From: Chthonomonadales bacterium
Lineage (GTDB): Bacteria; Armatimonadota; Chthonomonadetes; Chthonomonadales; CAJBBX01
Length of the DNA stretch: 43,933 nucleotides
Direction of reading: 5' to 3'
NCBI GenBank assembly: GCA_049967475.1
Contig: JBMFSQ010000023.1
Coordinates: 13,654-57,586, forward strand
In this document: positions 27,765 to 36,689 of the stretch, one piece after another
Layout: every line of letters begins with the position of its first letter
Position numbering within the stretch: the first letter of the stretch is position 1
Program-made: the position numbers and the translations under genes
Notes under the pieces: generated by a model
Seen by the model: the letters and a program-made list of their open reading frames with translations, nothing else
The model's database searches: none
Told to the model about the DNA's origin: nothing

Positions 27765-28665
27765 TCATAAGCCACAGGTAGGCATCTTCCAGCACGGGTT
27801 CGACGGGCCTCGCTCCAGGGTGCTCCATGCGTTCTGCAACGAGCCTGATCTGAATGCGCCCATCTTCCCGTCGCAGGCCGGTCTCGAGGTAACGATCCCG
27901 AAGCGCCGACAGTTCATGAGGCTCAACCACGAGCTCCCACACCCGGCCCTTCACTTGAGCCAGCATCTTGGGTACGGTGCCTTCGAAGCGGATGCGGCCT
28001 TGGTGTAAAACTGCGACGCGGTCGGCTACTGCCTGAACATCTTCGATGAGGTGTGTCGAAAGAATGATCACGCGGTCTCCTCCAAGCTCTGCGAGGAGGG
28101 ATCGGATGCGGATGCGTTCGGCAGGATCGAGACCCGCAGTGGGTTCATCCACGATCAGCAGCTTCGGGAAATTGAGCAGCGCTTGCGCCAATCCCACGCG
28201 TTGGCGCATGCCGCCGGAAAGCTCCCCCACACGGCGGTCGCGGAACTCCGTCAGGTTTACGCGCTCGATTACCTCCTCAACCTGGCGCCTGCGGGTAGCA
28301 GGATCCGAGAGGTTGTATAAGAGACCCATGTAATCCAGCGTTTCATAGGTGGTAAGGGCAGGATACAGGCCAAAGTCTTGGGGAAGGTATCCCAAGATCG
28401 AGCGCACTTGGTGCTTCTGACGACGCACATCGAACCCGCATACGCGGGCAGTGCCGCTCGTGGGTTCCAAGATGGTGGCCAAGATGGACATGAGGGTGCT
28501 CTTGCCGGCTCCATTGGGTCCCAGCAAGGCAAAGATGCCCGGCGGGATCGTGAGCGACACTTCATGAAGACCCACGATGCCGCTTTCATACTCTTTGCGC
28601 AAGGCTTCTATGACGACCTGCGTAGTGGCGGCCGCGTGGCCCGGATGCAGTTGAGTAAGACCCAT
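27739..28665 (-). CDS. ABC transporter ATP-binding protein (ABC-2 exporter type)
   Basis: Walker A GPNGAGKST, Q-loop GYLPQ, LSGGM signature, Walker B IVDEP, H-loop STH; GGAGG SD before ATG 28665. Confidence 0.95.
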   Translation of the reverse strand: MGLTQLHPGHAAATTQVVIEALRKEYESGIVGLHEVSLTIPPGIFALLGPNGAGKSTLMSILATILEPTSGTARVCGFDVRRQKHQVRSILGYLPQDFGLYPALTTYETLDYMGLLYNLSDPATRRRQVEEVIERVNLTEFRDRRVGELSGGMRQRVGLAQALLNFPKLLIVDEPTAGLDPAERIRIRSLLAELGGDRVIILSTHLIEDVQAVADRVAVLHQGRIRFEGTVPKMLAQVKGRVWELVVEPHELSALRDRYLETGLRREDGRIQIRLVAERMEHPGARPVEPVLEDAYLWLMNGGSGDGA

Positions 28666-28700
28666 CATGACCTCCAGGAGGGGCAGAGCATGCGATGCCC

Positions 28701-29861
28701 CTATGGTGCGCCGGCAAGGATCGCCCGCCGCACCGCATTGTTGGACACGTCGGTTACGTACAGGCGCCCAGCGCCGTCTGAGGCAATGCCCGCAGGCACC
28801 CCAAAGCCGGCGTGTTCCCCATCGCCATCGCGGAAGGCGAACATGGCGCCGCTGCGCCTGCATGCCCCGGCCAACACGAAGGCACGGCTGCCCTCCAACA
28901 GGAAAACAGCGCCTTGCCGGCCGTCCGTCAAGTACAGATCCTTGCCTACGCAACAGAGCGCAAGGGGAGCTTCCAAGGCGGGAAGATCTGCCGCTGTTGC
29001 CGAAGGGTCTTCCGACGCCAGCACGATATGCTTCCGACGTGCGCCCCCCACATCCAGAACCCCGTCGTCCGTAGTAATGGCAAGATTGTTCGGGGAAGGA
29101 TCCGCGCCGGCAGGCACCACGGCGACGGAAAGCGGATGGGCAGGCATCTTTGCAAGAGTGGTTACACGGAGGGCGGCGCCTGCCGGACGCAGAAGGCGGA
29201 TGCATCGGTTGCCCCAATCCGCCACCAAAAGCCACTGCGGAGGCGACCCTGGACCGGCAAGAATGGCTGTGGGCAGCCGGAAGCGGGCATTGGCGCCGTC
29301 GCCATCCGCGTAGCCGGCATCGCCGCCTGCCACGGTGGACACGTGCCCGTCCTTGATCGCCCGGATGCGGTTGTTGAGGGTGTCCGCAACGAACACGGTG
29401 CCGTCGGCAGACACGGCTACCCCCGAGGGCATGCGGAAGAGCGCTGTGGAACACCCCCCATCTCGGAAGCCCGCTTCGCTGCCTGCCAGCGTGCTGGTGG
29501 CTCCATCGGCACGAACCAGCCGGATGCGGTTGTTGCGCGAATCGGCCACATAAAGGGTTCCTCCGTAGGCGGCAATGCCGGTTGGCCCGTCAAAGCGTGC
29601 CTTCCAGCCTGGACCGTCCGTACTGCCGGGAGCAACCGCACCCGCAAGGGTGTCCACAAGAACCTCGGGCCGACCGCGGATTACGAGCTGAGTGCCGCCC
29701 CCCGAAGGTCCGCGCGGCTGCATGGGACCTGCAGGGATGCGGTGAACAGCCACAAGCCCTTGCCACCACCAATACTGCACAGCCGCCAAAGTGCCGATGA
29801 TGAGAAGCGCCGCCAATCGCGGGTCCACATTGCGTTTGATGGTTGATCTGTACCGGCTCAT
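28701..29861 (-). CDS. NHL-repeat beta-propeller protein with an N-terminal TM anchor
   Basis: Repeats of DG...ARF..P.GIA....LYVAD..NNRIR; N-terminal hydrophobic segment. Confidence 0.85.
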   Translation of the reverse strand: MSRYRSTIKRNVDPRLAALLIIGTLAAVQYWWWQGLVAVHRIPAGPMQPRGPSGGGTQLVIRGRPEVLVDTLAGAVAPGSTDGPGWKARFDGPTGIAAYGGTLYVADSRNNRIRLVRADGATSTLAGSEAGFRDGGCSTALFRMPSGVAVSADGTVFVADTLNNRIRAIKDGHVSTVAGGDAGYADGDGANARFRLPTAILAGPGSPPQWLLVADWGNRCIRLLRPAGAALRVTTLAKMPAHPLSVAVVPAGADPSPNNLAITTDDGVLDVGGARRKHIVLASEDPSATAADLPALEAPLALCCVGKDLYLTDGRQGAVFLLEGSRAFVLAGACRRSGAMFAFRDGDGEHAGFGVPAGIASDGAGRLYVTDVSNNAVRRAILAGAP

Positions 29862-29887
29862 CGTTCAGGAATTCCAAGCATGGCGGG

Positions 29888-30997
29888 CTAAAGCCGCAGC
29901 ACGTATACGTCGGCACCGCGCCCGTGGGCGCCGGATGGCCGCAGCAGCACCTCGTCTGCCCCCACGGCTAGCGCTTCCGTGTCCGGCGGAAGCGCAATCG
30001 GCTGCACAAGCTGAAGCCCCGTGTCTGCCGGCCACACCTTCGGCGACGGAGTGGCATCCACGAACCAGAGCCTCCCGCTTGCTGTGAACAGTTCCCCTGG
30101 CGCGGGGAGCCAAACTCCCAGGGTTCGTACGTGCCCCGTGGGATCGGCGAGATGGACTTCTGCCACTGTGCTGGGATCGGAACACTCCGCACTTGGTCCT
30201 GCCCAGGCTACTCCCTTTCCGGGTATCGCAACCGCAGAGTAGATCGCAGTGTCCCCCGCGATGCGCCGGGCTTCTCCTCCGGCGCCGGGAATGGCATATA
30301 CGGCCATGGTTTGGATGCCGGCACCCTCCGTTGCCACGGCGTACAGGTTGCGCCCGTCGGTGCCTACCAGATCCGCTTTAGGAACCGGCAACAGAGACGC
30401 AGCCGGCCGTGTCCCTGCCGAAGCCGGCAACGATCCTCCGCCGGAAGCCGTTACGCGAACCGAGGATTGCAGGGCAGGAATGGGAGAAGAAGGTGCAGGT
30501 CCGAGAACGGTTTCCGGCCAGAAGACTCGTCCGTTCCAGATGCAAGGGGTGCCGATGGGCTGCAGTCCCTTGGCGAGTGTCCGCACGCCGGCTCCTGGCC
30601 ACTTAGCGCAAACGCTCCAAAACCTGCCATCCCTTTGCGTCCATGCGATAACGCCGGCTGCGGCGTCGAACCCTACGATCTGCTGCGCCGTGGCGATTAC
30701 CGTTTCGGTACCGTGATGTACGCGCACAAGCCGCTGGGGACCCCTCTCCTGCTGCTCGATCCAGAACCAGTCGTCGCCGATGCGCCGGGGATGCCGGGGG
30801 AGGCCGTCGGTGTGAGCGAGCAGGCGCGGCGGCTTGCGCTTGGACGCATAAACTCCGGCGAAAACGATGACACCGCACGCGCAAAGCGCGACCGTCACGA
30901 AGAGCAGGGTTCTTGTTCTCACGGCAGTCCGTTCGGTTATACCAAGGCGGGTTTGGTGCAGCGCGCGTTGCGCGGCCAGGGATAGTTGGCCCGGCAT
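29888..30997 (-). CDS. Hypothetical membrane-anchored protein, probably a beta-propeller
   Basis: N-terminal TM LLFVTVALCACGVIVFAGVY; recurrent short strand motifs (WFWIE, IAWT, VFWPE, VAWAG, LWFVD). Start uncertain. Confidence 0.6.
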   Translation of the reverse strand: MPGQLSLAAQRALHQTRLGITERTAVRTRTLLFVTVALCACGVIVFAGVYASKRKPPRLLAHTDGLPRHPRRIGDDWFWIEQQERGPQRLVRVHHGTETVIATAQQIVGFDAAAGVIAWTQRDGRFWSVCAKWPGAGVRTLAKGLQPIGTPCIWNGRVFWPETVLGPAPSSPIPALQSSVRVTASGGGSLPASAGTRPAASLLPVPKADLVGTDGRNLYAVATEGAGIQTMAVYAIPGAGGEARRIAGDTAIYSAVAIPGKGVAWAGPSAECSDPSTVAEVHLADPTGHVRTLGVWLPAPGELFTASGRLWFVDATPSPKVWPADTGLQLVQPIALPPDTEALAVGADEVLLRPSGAHGRGADVYVLRL

Positions 30998-31037
30998 AGG
31001 GCGGAATCCTGCATGGGCTCCAGCCGCGGCACCTGGG

Positions 31038-31066
31038 TTGACATCGGCAGAAGGCGTTGGTAGAAT
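31038..31066 (+). promoter_or_regulatory. Sigma70-type promoter for recN
   Basis: TTGACA-N17-TAGAAT with extended -10 TG. Confidence 0.75.
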
Positions 31067-31098
31067 TGCTTCAACCTCACCTGCGCGCTTGTGCGTCC

Positions 31099-32760
31099 AT
31101 GCTTCTGAACCTCGCGATCCGCAACTTCGCCATCATAGATCAGTTGGAGATCGAGTTCGGCGCCGGCCTCAACGTTCTTTCTGGGGAAACGGGCGCCGGC
31201 AAATCCATCATCGTGGGCGCCCTTACGCTCTTGCTTGGTGGGCGCACTAACGCCGATATTGTAAGGACGGGGGCGGATCATGCCGTAGTGGATGGCGTGT
31301 TCGACGTGAGCTCCAGCCCTCGCGTTTGCCAGGCGGCATCCTCCCTCGGCTTCGAGGTCGAAGAGGGCAGGCTTCTTCTCTCTCGAGAGGTGACTGCTGC
31401 CGGAAGGAGCGCCGCCCGCATCATGGGCAGGCCGGCTACTCTGGCGCAGATCCGGGAATTGGGCGATCTGTTGATAGACCTTCACGGGCAGCACGAGCAC
31501 CAGTCCCTCCTTTCTGTTCCCCGCCACCTCGATATTCTGGATGAATGGGCGGGAGAAGATGTGGCGGCGCTGCGGCAGCAGGTGTCCCGCGTCGCCATGC
31601 GGCTCAAGCAACTCGAAGGGCAGCAGAGCGGCGTGGAACGGGATGCACGCGAGCGATTGCGCCTGATGGATCTCTGCAGATATCAGGTGGATGAGATCAC
31701 CGCAGCCGGCCTTTATGCTGGGGAGGAGGAAGAGCTTCGGGCGGACGAGCGGCGCCTTGCCAATGCTCAATCCCTGGCCGAGGCCTCCTCCAGCGCATAC
31801 GAATTGCTTGCCGGAGAGGGCGGAGCTTTGGAGCAGCTTGCCGCGACGGCGCGTCTTCTCGGCGATGGGGCGCACCTCGATGAGGCGCTGCAGCCAGCGT
31901 GGGACGCCGTCCGTGCTGCTCAATACCAACTGCAAGAGGTGGCGCGCGACTTGCTTCGTTACCGTGAAGGCGTCGAGTTCAACCCGGCCCGCCTCGAGCA
32001 AATCCAGGATCGCCTGGAACAGATCCGCGCACTCAAGCGCAAGTACGGGGACACCGTGGAAGAGGTCCTCCAATTTGCTCTTCGCGCGCGGGACACGCTG
32101 GCCACTCTCGAGGCGGCGGAAGAACAATCTCACGAGCTGGAAGCCGAGCTGAAGCGGTGCCGGGAGGAGTTCCGGCAGTTGTGCAGCGACCTCTCGTATC
32201 GGCGGCGGCAGGCCGGCAAGGGTTTCGCAGACGCCGTTCTTCGGGAACTGGCCGACCTTGCCATGGAGAAGACACGCTTCGAGGTCGCTATCGAAGACGG
32301 CGAACCCGGCGAGCGCGGGGCGGACCGCGTGGAATTCCTCATTGCGCCCAACGTTGGAGAGGCCATGAGACCCTTGGCGCGCATCGCCTCGGGAGGTGAA
32401 ATCAGCCGCGTGATGCTCGCCATCAAGAGCGCCATGGCAGCTCAGGACACCCTCCCCACTATGGTTTTCGACGAGATTGACGTGGGAGTGGGAGGCCGCA
32501 CGGCAAGCGTGGTGGCGTCCAAACTCAAGGCGCTGGCCGAAAAGAGCCAGGTGCTGTGCATCACTCACTTGCCCCAGATTGCCGCCCGGGCAAGTCGCCA
32601 CTACCTAATCGAGAAGGAGCCGAGGGATGGACGAACTTCCGTGCGCGTGACACTGCTCGGTGCCGACGATCGCGTACGGGAGGTAGCTCGGATGATGGCA
32701 GGATCCCACATCACCGACACCGCTCTCCGCCATGCCCGCGAACTGCTGCAGGTACCATGA
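31099..32760 (+). CDS. recN: DNA repair protein RecN
   Basis: Motifs IRNFAII, GETGAGKS, LHGQHEHQ, ASGGEISRVMLA, FDEIDVGVGG and CITHLPQIA. Confidence 0.97.
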   Translation: MLLNLAIRNFAIIDQLEIEFGAGLNVLSGETGAGKSIIVGALTLLLGGRTNADIVRTGADHAVVDGVFDVSSSPRVCQAASSLGFEVEEGRLLLSREVTAAGRSAARIMGRPATLAQIRELGDLLIDLHGQHEHQSLLSVPRHLDILDEWAGEDVAALRQQVSRVAMRLKQLEGQQSGVERDARERLRLMDLCRYQVDEITAAGLYAGEEEELRADERRLANAQSLAEASSSAYELLAGEGGALEQLAATARLLGDGAHLDEALQPAWDAVRAAQYQLQEVARDLLRYREGVEFNPARLEQIQDRLEQIRALKRKYGDTVEEVLQFALRARDTLATLEAAEEQSHELEAELKRCREEFRQLCSDLSYRRRQAGKGFADAVLRELADLAMEKTRFEVAIEDGEPGERGADRVEFLIAPNVGEAMRPLARIASGGEISRVMLAIKSAMAAQDTLPTMVFDEIDVGVGGRTASVVASKLKALAEKSQVLCITHLPQIAARASRHYLIEKEPRDGRTSVRVTLLGADDRVREVARMMAGSHITDTALRHARELLQVP

Positions 32761-34925
32761 GGCGTCCCGCAAGCGGCGTTGCGCGCGTCCTCCGAGCTTC
32801 CTTTGCCCTCTTTTGCCTGTGCCTATGCGCCCCCGTCCCAGCCCAGCCGCGGGCGGTCCTCATCCTCTTTGACGGGTTGACGGCCGACGACTTGGCTTCC
32901 ACGCGGTTGCCTGCCCTCCGAACCCTTGTGAAGGGCGGCGCCGTGGGGCTGGTCAACACCGCCTCAGGGCCGGGGCCGAGCGAAGTTGCCGCCGTGCTTG
33001 CAATGGCCGCAGGAAGACTGGTTCCGGCGCAATTCACGGACGGCCAGGCGTTCGAGCCTTCGGAAATCGTAGAGGGCGATCCCGCCGCAATCGTTTACCA
33101 CCGGCGCACAGGTGTCACAGCGCCGATGGGGACGGAGGCGCTCCATCTGGGTATCGCTCCGCTCATTCGCAGGCATTTGGCCCAGCAGCTTCCCTCTGTG
33201 TTGGCGCGCAGCGAGGGCGCTGCATCCGCCATCGCAGTGTGCGGGAACGCCGATGCGCAAGAGCCTTCCCGGCCGGTTGCCTTGTTCGGAATGGATGAGA
33301 TGGGCATCCTGCGCAATGCATGCCTGGGTCCTGAGTGCCTCATGCCCGCTCCAGGCAGCCCCTGGGGCGTGCGCGACAATGTGCCCTCACTGTTGCAAAG
33401 GATCGCCCGCTGGACGAACCGGGTCGTCGTGGTGCAGCTAGGCGACGGCGCCCGCGTGGAAGCTCTACGGCCGATAGCCGATGCGCGTGCCGTTAGCAAG
33501 GCGCGCGAAGCAGCATTGGCTACGCTGGAGCAACTCTTGGAAGGGTTGCAGCGGCTTTCGCCCCCTCCAAGGCGGATCGCTGTCGTGTCCCCGCGCGTCC
33601 CTGGGCAATCTACGCGCCCTCGGGACCGCCTGGCTCTGGCGGTTTTGTGGGGGGAAGGCGTCCGGCGTGGTGTGCTCACTTCGGCGACCACCCGAACACG
33701 AGGCCTCATTGCCAATGTGGACGTGGAGCCTACCCTCCTGCAGTGGATCGGGCTCCGTGCACCGGCGCTCGTGGCGGGTCATCCGGTGCGCTCGCTCGAT
33801 GCGCCCGATGCAACCCACGAGGTGCTCAGGCTGGATCGGCGGACGCTGATGAACCAGCGCGCACTGGTTCCGTTGTTTCTTCTACTGGGGGGCATTCTGA
33901 TCTTGACGCTCTTCGGTGCGGCCGGGAGCCTTGCGGGGCGTCTGCCCGGGTTGCCCGTGCAGTTGGGGATCTTGGCGCTCATGAACATGCCGCTGGGTTT
34001 GATGCTCGCGGCATTGTTGCCGTTTGGAAGCCCCATGGAACTGATTGCCGGCTGCCTGGCCCTGATGGTGCTGCTTGCCGCGGCGGAATATGCCGCGGCC
34101 GGCATCTTCAGGAAGGATGCTTTGATAGTGTTCGCCTTTACAACGGGTGCGGCAATCGTTGCAGATGCGCTGCTGGGACTAGGTATGGTTCAGTACTCGG
34201 TGCTTTCTTCCTATCAGATCCAGGGCATCCGGTATTACGGCATCGGGAACGAGTACATGGGCGTCCTCATCGGGGTTGCGCTCCTGTGGACCTGCGTGGA
34301 AGAAGCGAGGCTCATTACGAAGCTGATTGTGCTTGGCGGATCGGCTCTGCTGCTCGGTGCGCCATGGTGGGGCGAAAACGCAGGCGGCTTCGTAGCAGCG
34401 TGTGTGGCGTTTGGATCGGCATGGCGATGCCTGAGTGCTTCTTTGCCCGGCGACGGGGGCCGCCGCTTTGGGGTTTCGGAAGCCATCGGCTGGTCTGCAG
34501 TAGGGCTCCTCGGCGCCCTGGCCTTTGCGGCGGTGGATCGCGCCGTGTGGGGGACCAGCGCCGGGCACATGGGGGCGGCCTTGGCCGCAGTCCACGCCTC
34601 CGGGTGGCGCTATGCAGCAAACATTGCTTGGCGCAAGGTGCTGATGAACCTGCGCATCGCATCACAACCCTACACGATTGCAGCGACGGCGGGCGCAGGG
34701 GCGATCGCTGCGTTGGCAGGCGGCGCACTGCGCGGGAAGCGGGATGAACTCGCCATCGCGCACCCAAATTGGTGGAGGATGCGCGGCCCTTGCCTGTGGA
34801 GCGGGCTGGCCGCATTCGTGTTTAACGATTCCGGAGTCGTGCCCGCTCTTTTCATCGTGGCGGCGTTTCTGCTGAGCGGCCTGTATTATGCGCTGGATGG
34901 ACCCGCTCAGCCGCCCGCCGATTAA
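32757..34925 (+). CDS. Membrane protein: alkaline-phosphatase-like N-terminal domain plus multi-TM domain with RYYGIGNE motif, function unknown
   Basis: ATGA overlap with the recN stop; VLILFDGL and NVDVEPTLLQWIG (AlkP-fold hallmarks); about 11-12 TM segments with GIRYYGIGNE and FNDSG. Confidence 0.75.
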   Translation: MRRPASGVARVLRASFALFCLCLCAPVPAQPRAVLILFDGLTADDLASTRLPALRTLVKGGAVGLVNTASGPGPSEVAAVLAMAAGRLVPAQFTDGQAFEPSEIVEGDPAAIVYHRRTGVTAPMGTEALHLGIAPLIRRHLAQQLPSVLARSEGAASAIAVCGNADAQEPSRPVALFGMDEMGILRNACLGPECLMPAPGSPWGVRDNVPSLLQRIARWTNRVVVVQLGDGARVEALRPIADARAVSKAREAALATLEQLLEGLQRLSPPPRRIAVVSPRVPGQSTRPRDRLALAVLWGEGVRRGVLTSATTRTRGLIANVDVEPTLLQWIGLRAPALVAGHPVRSLDAPDATHEVLRLDRRTLMNQRALVPLFLLLGGILILTLFGAAGSLAGRLPGLPVQLGILALMNMPLGLMLAALLPFGSPMELIAGCLALMVLLAAAEYAAAGIFRKDALIVFAFTTGAAIVADALLGLGMVQYSVLSSYQIQGIRYYGIGNEYMGVLIGVALLWTCVEEARLITKLIVLGGSALLLGAPWWGENAGGFVAACVAFGSAWRCLSASLPGDGGRRFGVSEAIGWSAVGLLGALAFAAVDRAVWGTSAGHMGAALAAVHASGWRYAANIAWRKVLMNLRIASQPYTIAATAGAGAIAALAGGALRGKRDELAIAHPNWWRMRGPCLWSGLAAFVFNDSGVVPALFIVAAFLLSGLYYALDGPAQPPAD

Positions 34926-34997
34926 CGCACCCCGGCGCCTTCCGGCCTCAGTGCAACACCTGCTCCCGCTGCCGGCAGGGCCGGCCATTCGGGAAGG

Positions 34998-35279
34998 CTA
35001 TCGTTCGTAGGAACTCCGCCGAGGAGTCCGTTCCCGTTCCTTGGCAACATTGACCACGAGGCGGCGGCCCCCGTATTCACTGCCGTTGAGGGCGGCGATG
35101 GCAGCATCCGCTTCTCCATCGTTTGCCATCTCGACGAAGGCAAAGCCCCGAGCCTGGCCGGTGACGCGGTCCGTTACGACGATGGAGTCCACAACCTTTC
35201 CGTAAGGAGTGAAGAGGGCTTCCAGTTGATCTTCGGTTGTGGCATAGGGCAGGCCGCCCACATAGATGCGCTTAGACAC
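34998..35279 (-). CDS. RRM-domain RNA-binding protein
   Basis: RNP2 IYVGGL, RNP1 RGFAFVEM, Arg-rich tail; AAGGAG SD before GTG 35279. Confidence 0.93.
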   Translation of the reverse strand: MSKRIYVGGLPYATTEDQLEALFTPYGKVVDSIVVTDRVTGQARGFAFVEMANDGEADAAIAALNGSEYGGRRLVVNVAKERERTPRRSSYER

Positions 35280-35382
35280 GTTGGGTACTCCTTGCAGGTT
35301 TTGCTGGGCCCTACGGGGGATGCTTCTGAAACGCCGCAAAGGGGCCGCACCTTCCCGGGGTCGGCATCACGGTATTGTGCGC

Positions 35383-35411
35383 AGTATAACACGAGGCAGG
35401 GATCCGGTCAA
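35383..35411 (-). promoter_or_regulatory. Sigma70-type promoter for the RRM gene
   Basis: TTGACC-N17-TATACT with extended -10 TG. Confidence 0.7.
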
Positions 35412-35620
35412 GAAGGCATTTGGGGCGGGTAGTGCTCGAGAACCTTGGCGGCTCGCCCATCCTTCCGTTTGCGGAGAGGACTACAAGGGGAGCGGCATGG
35501 GCTCCCCAGTTTTTAAGTTTCGAGAAGCCCGTTCCCACGATCGCAATAACGGGAGAGCAATCTTAGAACACTCGTTAGGGAGCCCTTTCACCAGCAGTGA
35601 CAGGGTGGCAATTCAACGCA

Positions 35621-35649
35621 TTGACGTAATCCAAGCATTGTGCTATCGT
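35621..35649 (+). promoter_or_regulatory. Sigma70-type promoter for the prepilin-domain gene
   Basis: TTGACG-N17-TATCGT with extended -10 TG. Confidence 0.6.
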
Positions 35650-35715
35650 GATACGGGCGCGGATTGTTGGTCTTTGTGTTGGGCAGTGATTGAACTGGCA
35701 AGAAAGGAACGATCC

Positions 35716-36462
35716 ATGACGAACAAACGGGCGTTTACGTTGATCGAGCTGTTGGTGGTCATCGCGATAATTGCGATTCTGGCCGCCATTCTTTTCCCAG
35801 TGTTCGCCCAGGCGCGCGAGAAGGCTCGGGCGGCTTCATGCCTGAGCAACATGAAGCAATTAGGCCTAGCCTACACGATGTATGCTCAGGATTACGACGG
35901 AAGAGGAGCGCCGTTGTGGTGGTGGGGCCAAGCCTTTTGGCCAACGTTTATGTATCCGTACATCAAGAACCCGGGCGTATTCAGGTGCCCTTCCGATTCG
36001 TATGGGAGTACCTTTGTTTGGTCGCTGGACAATCCTCAGAACCTGTTGCGTAGCTACATGTTCTATGTTGGGGCCTCGGCGATGGGCTCGGGTGGCGGAG
36101 CTGATGCCAGCGTGGAGCAGCCGGCTTCGTACATTTTGTTTACGGAGAAGGGAAACGGACCCAACCAACCGTGGCCCGAGATGTATTGTCCAACACTTCC
36201 AAACCAATGTTGCAGCGCCTATTCGTGCGGATCCAATAACACCAACACCAATTACGATCGCCTGTACTGCCCCGGGCAGGAGCCCCGCCATAGCGGCGGG
36301 TATAACTGGACCCTGTTTGATGGCCACACGAAGTGGATGCGCGTGTCACAAACAATGGTGCAGACCCAACCTCCCGCCGGAGGGAATACAGACTGGTGGC
36401 ATGTCTGTAAAGAAACCATGTGGGACCGAACGCCCAGCGATCCCAACAACGGGATTAACTGA
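35716..36462 (+). CDS. Prepilin-type N-terminal cleavage/methylation protein, DUF1559-like, with H-X9-DG motif
   Basis: [35 protein letters not shown]...[19 protein letters not shown]-terminal [21 protein letters not shown]. Confidence 0.92.
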   Translation: MTNKRAFTLIELLVVIAIIAILAAILFPVFAQAREKARAASCLSNMKQLGLAYTMYAQDYDGRGAPLWWWGQAFWPTFMYPYIKNPGVFRCPSDSYGSTFVWSLDNPQNLLRSYMFYVGASAMGSGGGADASVEQPASYILFTEKGNGPNQPWPEMYCPTLPNQCCSAYSCGSNNTNTNYDRLYCPGQEPRHSGGYNWTLFDGHTKWMRVSQTMVQTQPPAGGNTDWWHVCKETMWDRTPSDPNNGIN

Positions 36463-36484
36463 GGTAAGTGAGAAAGGGGCAGCC

Positions 36485-36676
36485 GTGAAAAACCTGAGCA
36501 AAAGTGCAGTGAGCCCTGTTGCGGTCGCAATTGCCCTCGTTGTGGTTCTGGCCGTGATTGCAGCAATCGCTTGGCGCATGTTCGGCCCAACGGGACCAAG
36601 CGGGGTGAAGGTCGTTACCCAAAAAGCCGGTGAGCCCTTCGCCGGCGCCAAGCGCGCCTACGGCAATCCCCCGTAG
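36485..36676 (+). CDS. 63-aa single-pass membrane microprotein downstream of the prepilin-domain gene
   Basis: AAAGGGG SD, GTG start; [34 protein letters not shown]...; in the ORF track it is hidden at the 3' end of 35882..36676. Confidence 0.7.
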   Translation: MKNLSKSAVSPVAVAIALVVVLAVIAAIAWRMFGPTGPSGVKVVTQKAGEPFAGAKRAYGNPP

Positions 36677-36688
36677 GCCGCAACGGCC
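36676..36688. terminator. Short hairpin between convergent genes
   Basis: GGCCG-CAA-CGGCC between the microprotein stop and the gltD stop. Confidence 0.3.
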
Positions 36689-36689
36689 C

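Noticed and set aside
28669..29454. 262-aa N-terminal extension on the ABC ATPase ORF
   Set aside because: An off-frame overlap with the NHL gene giving Arg/Cys-rich nonsense; the SD supports a start at 28665 or 28668.
35266..35715. N-terminal extension of the prepilin-domain ORF
   Set aside because: It covers two divergent promoters; the prepilin motif and SD fix the start at 35716.
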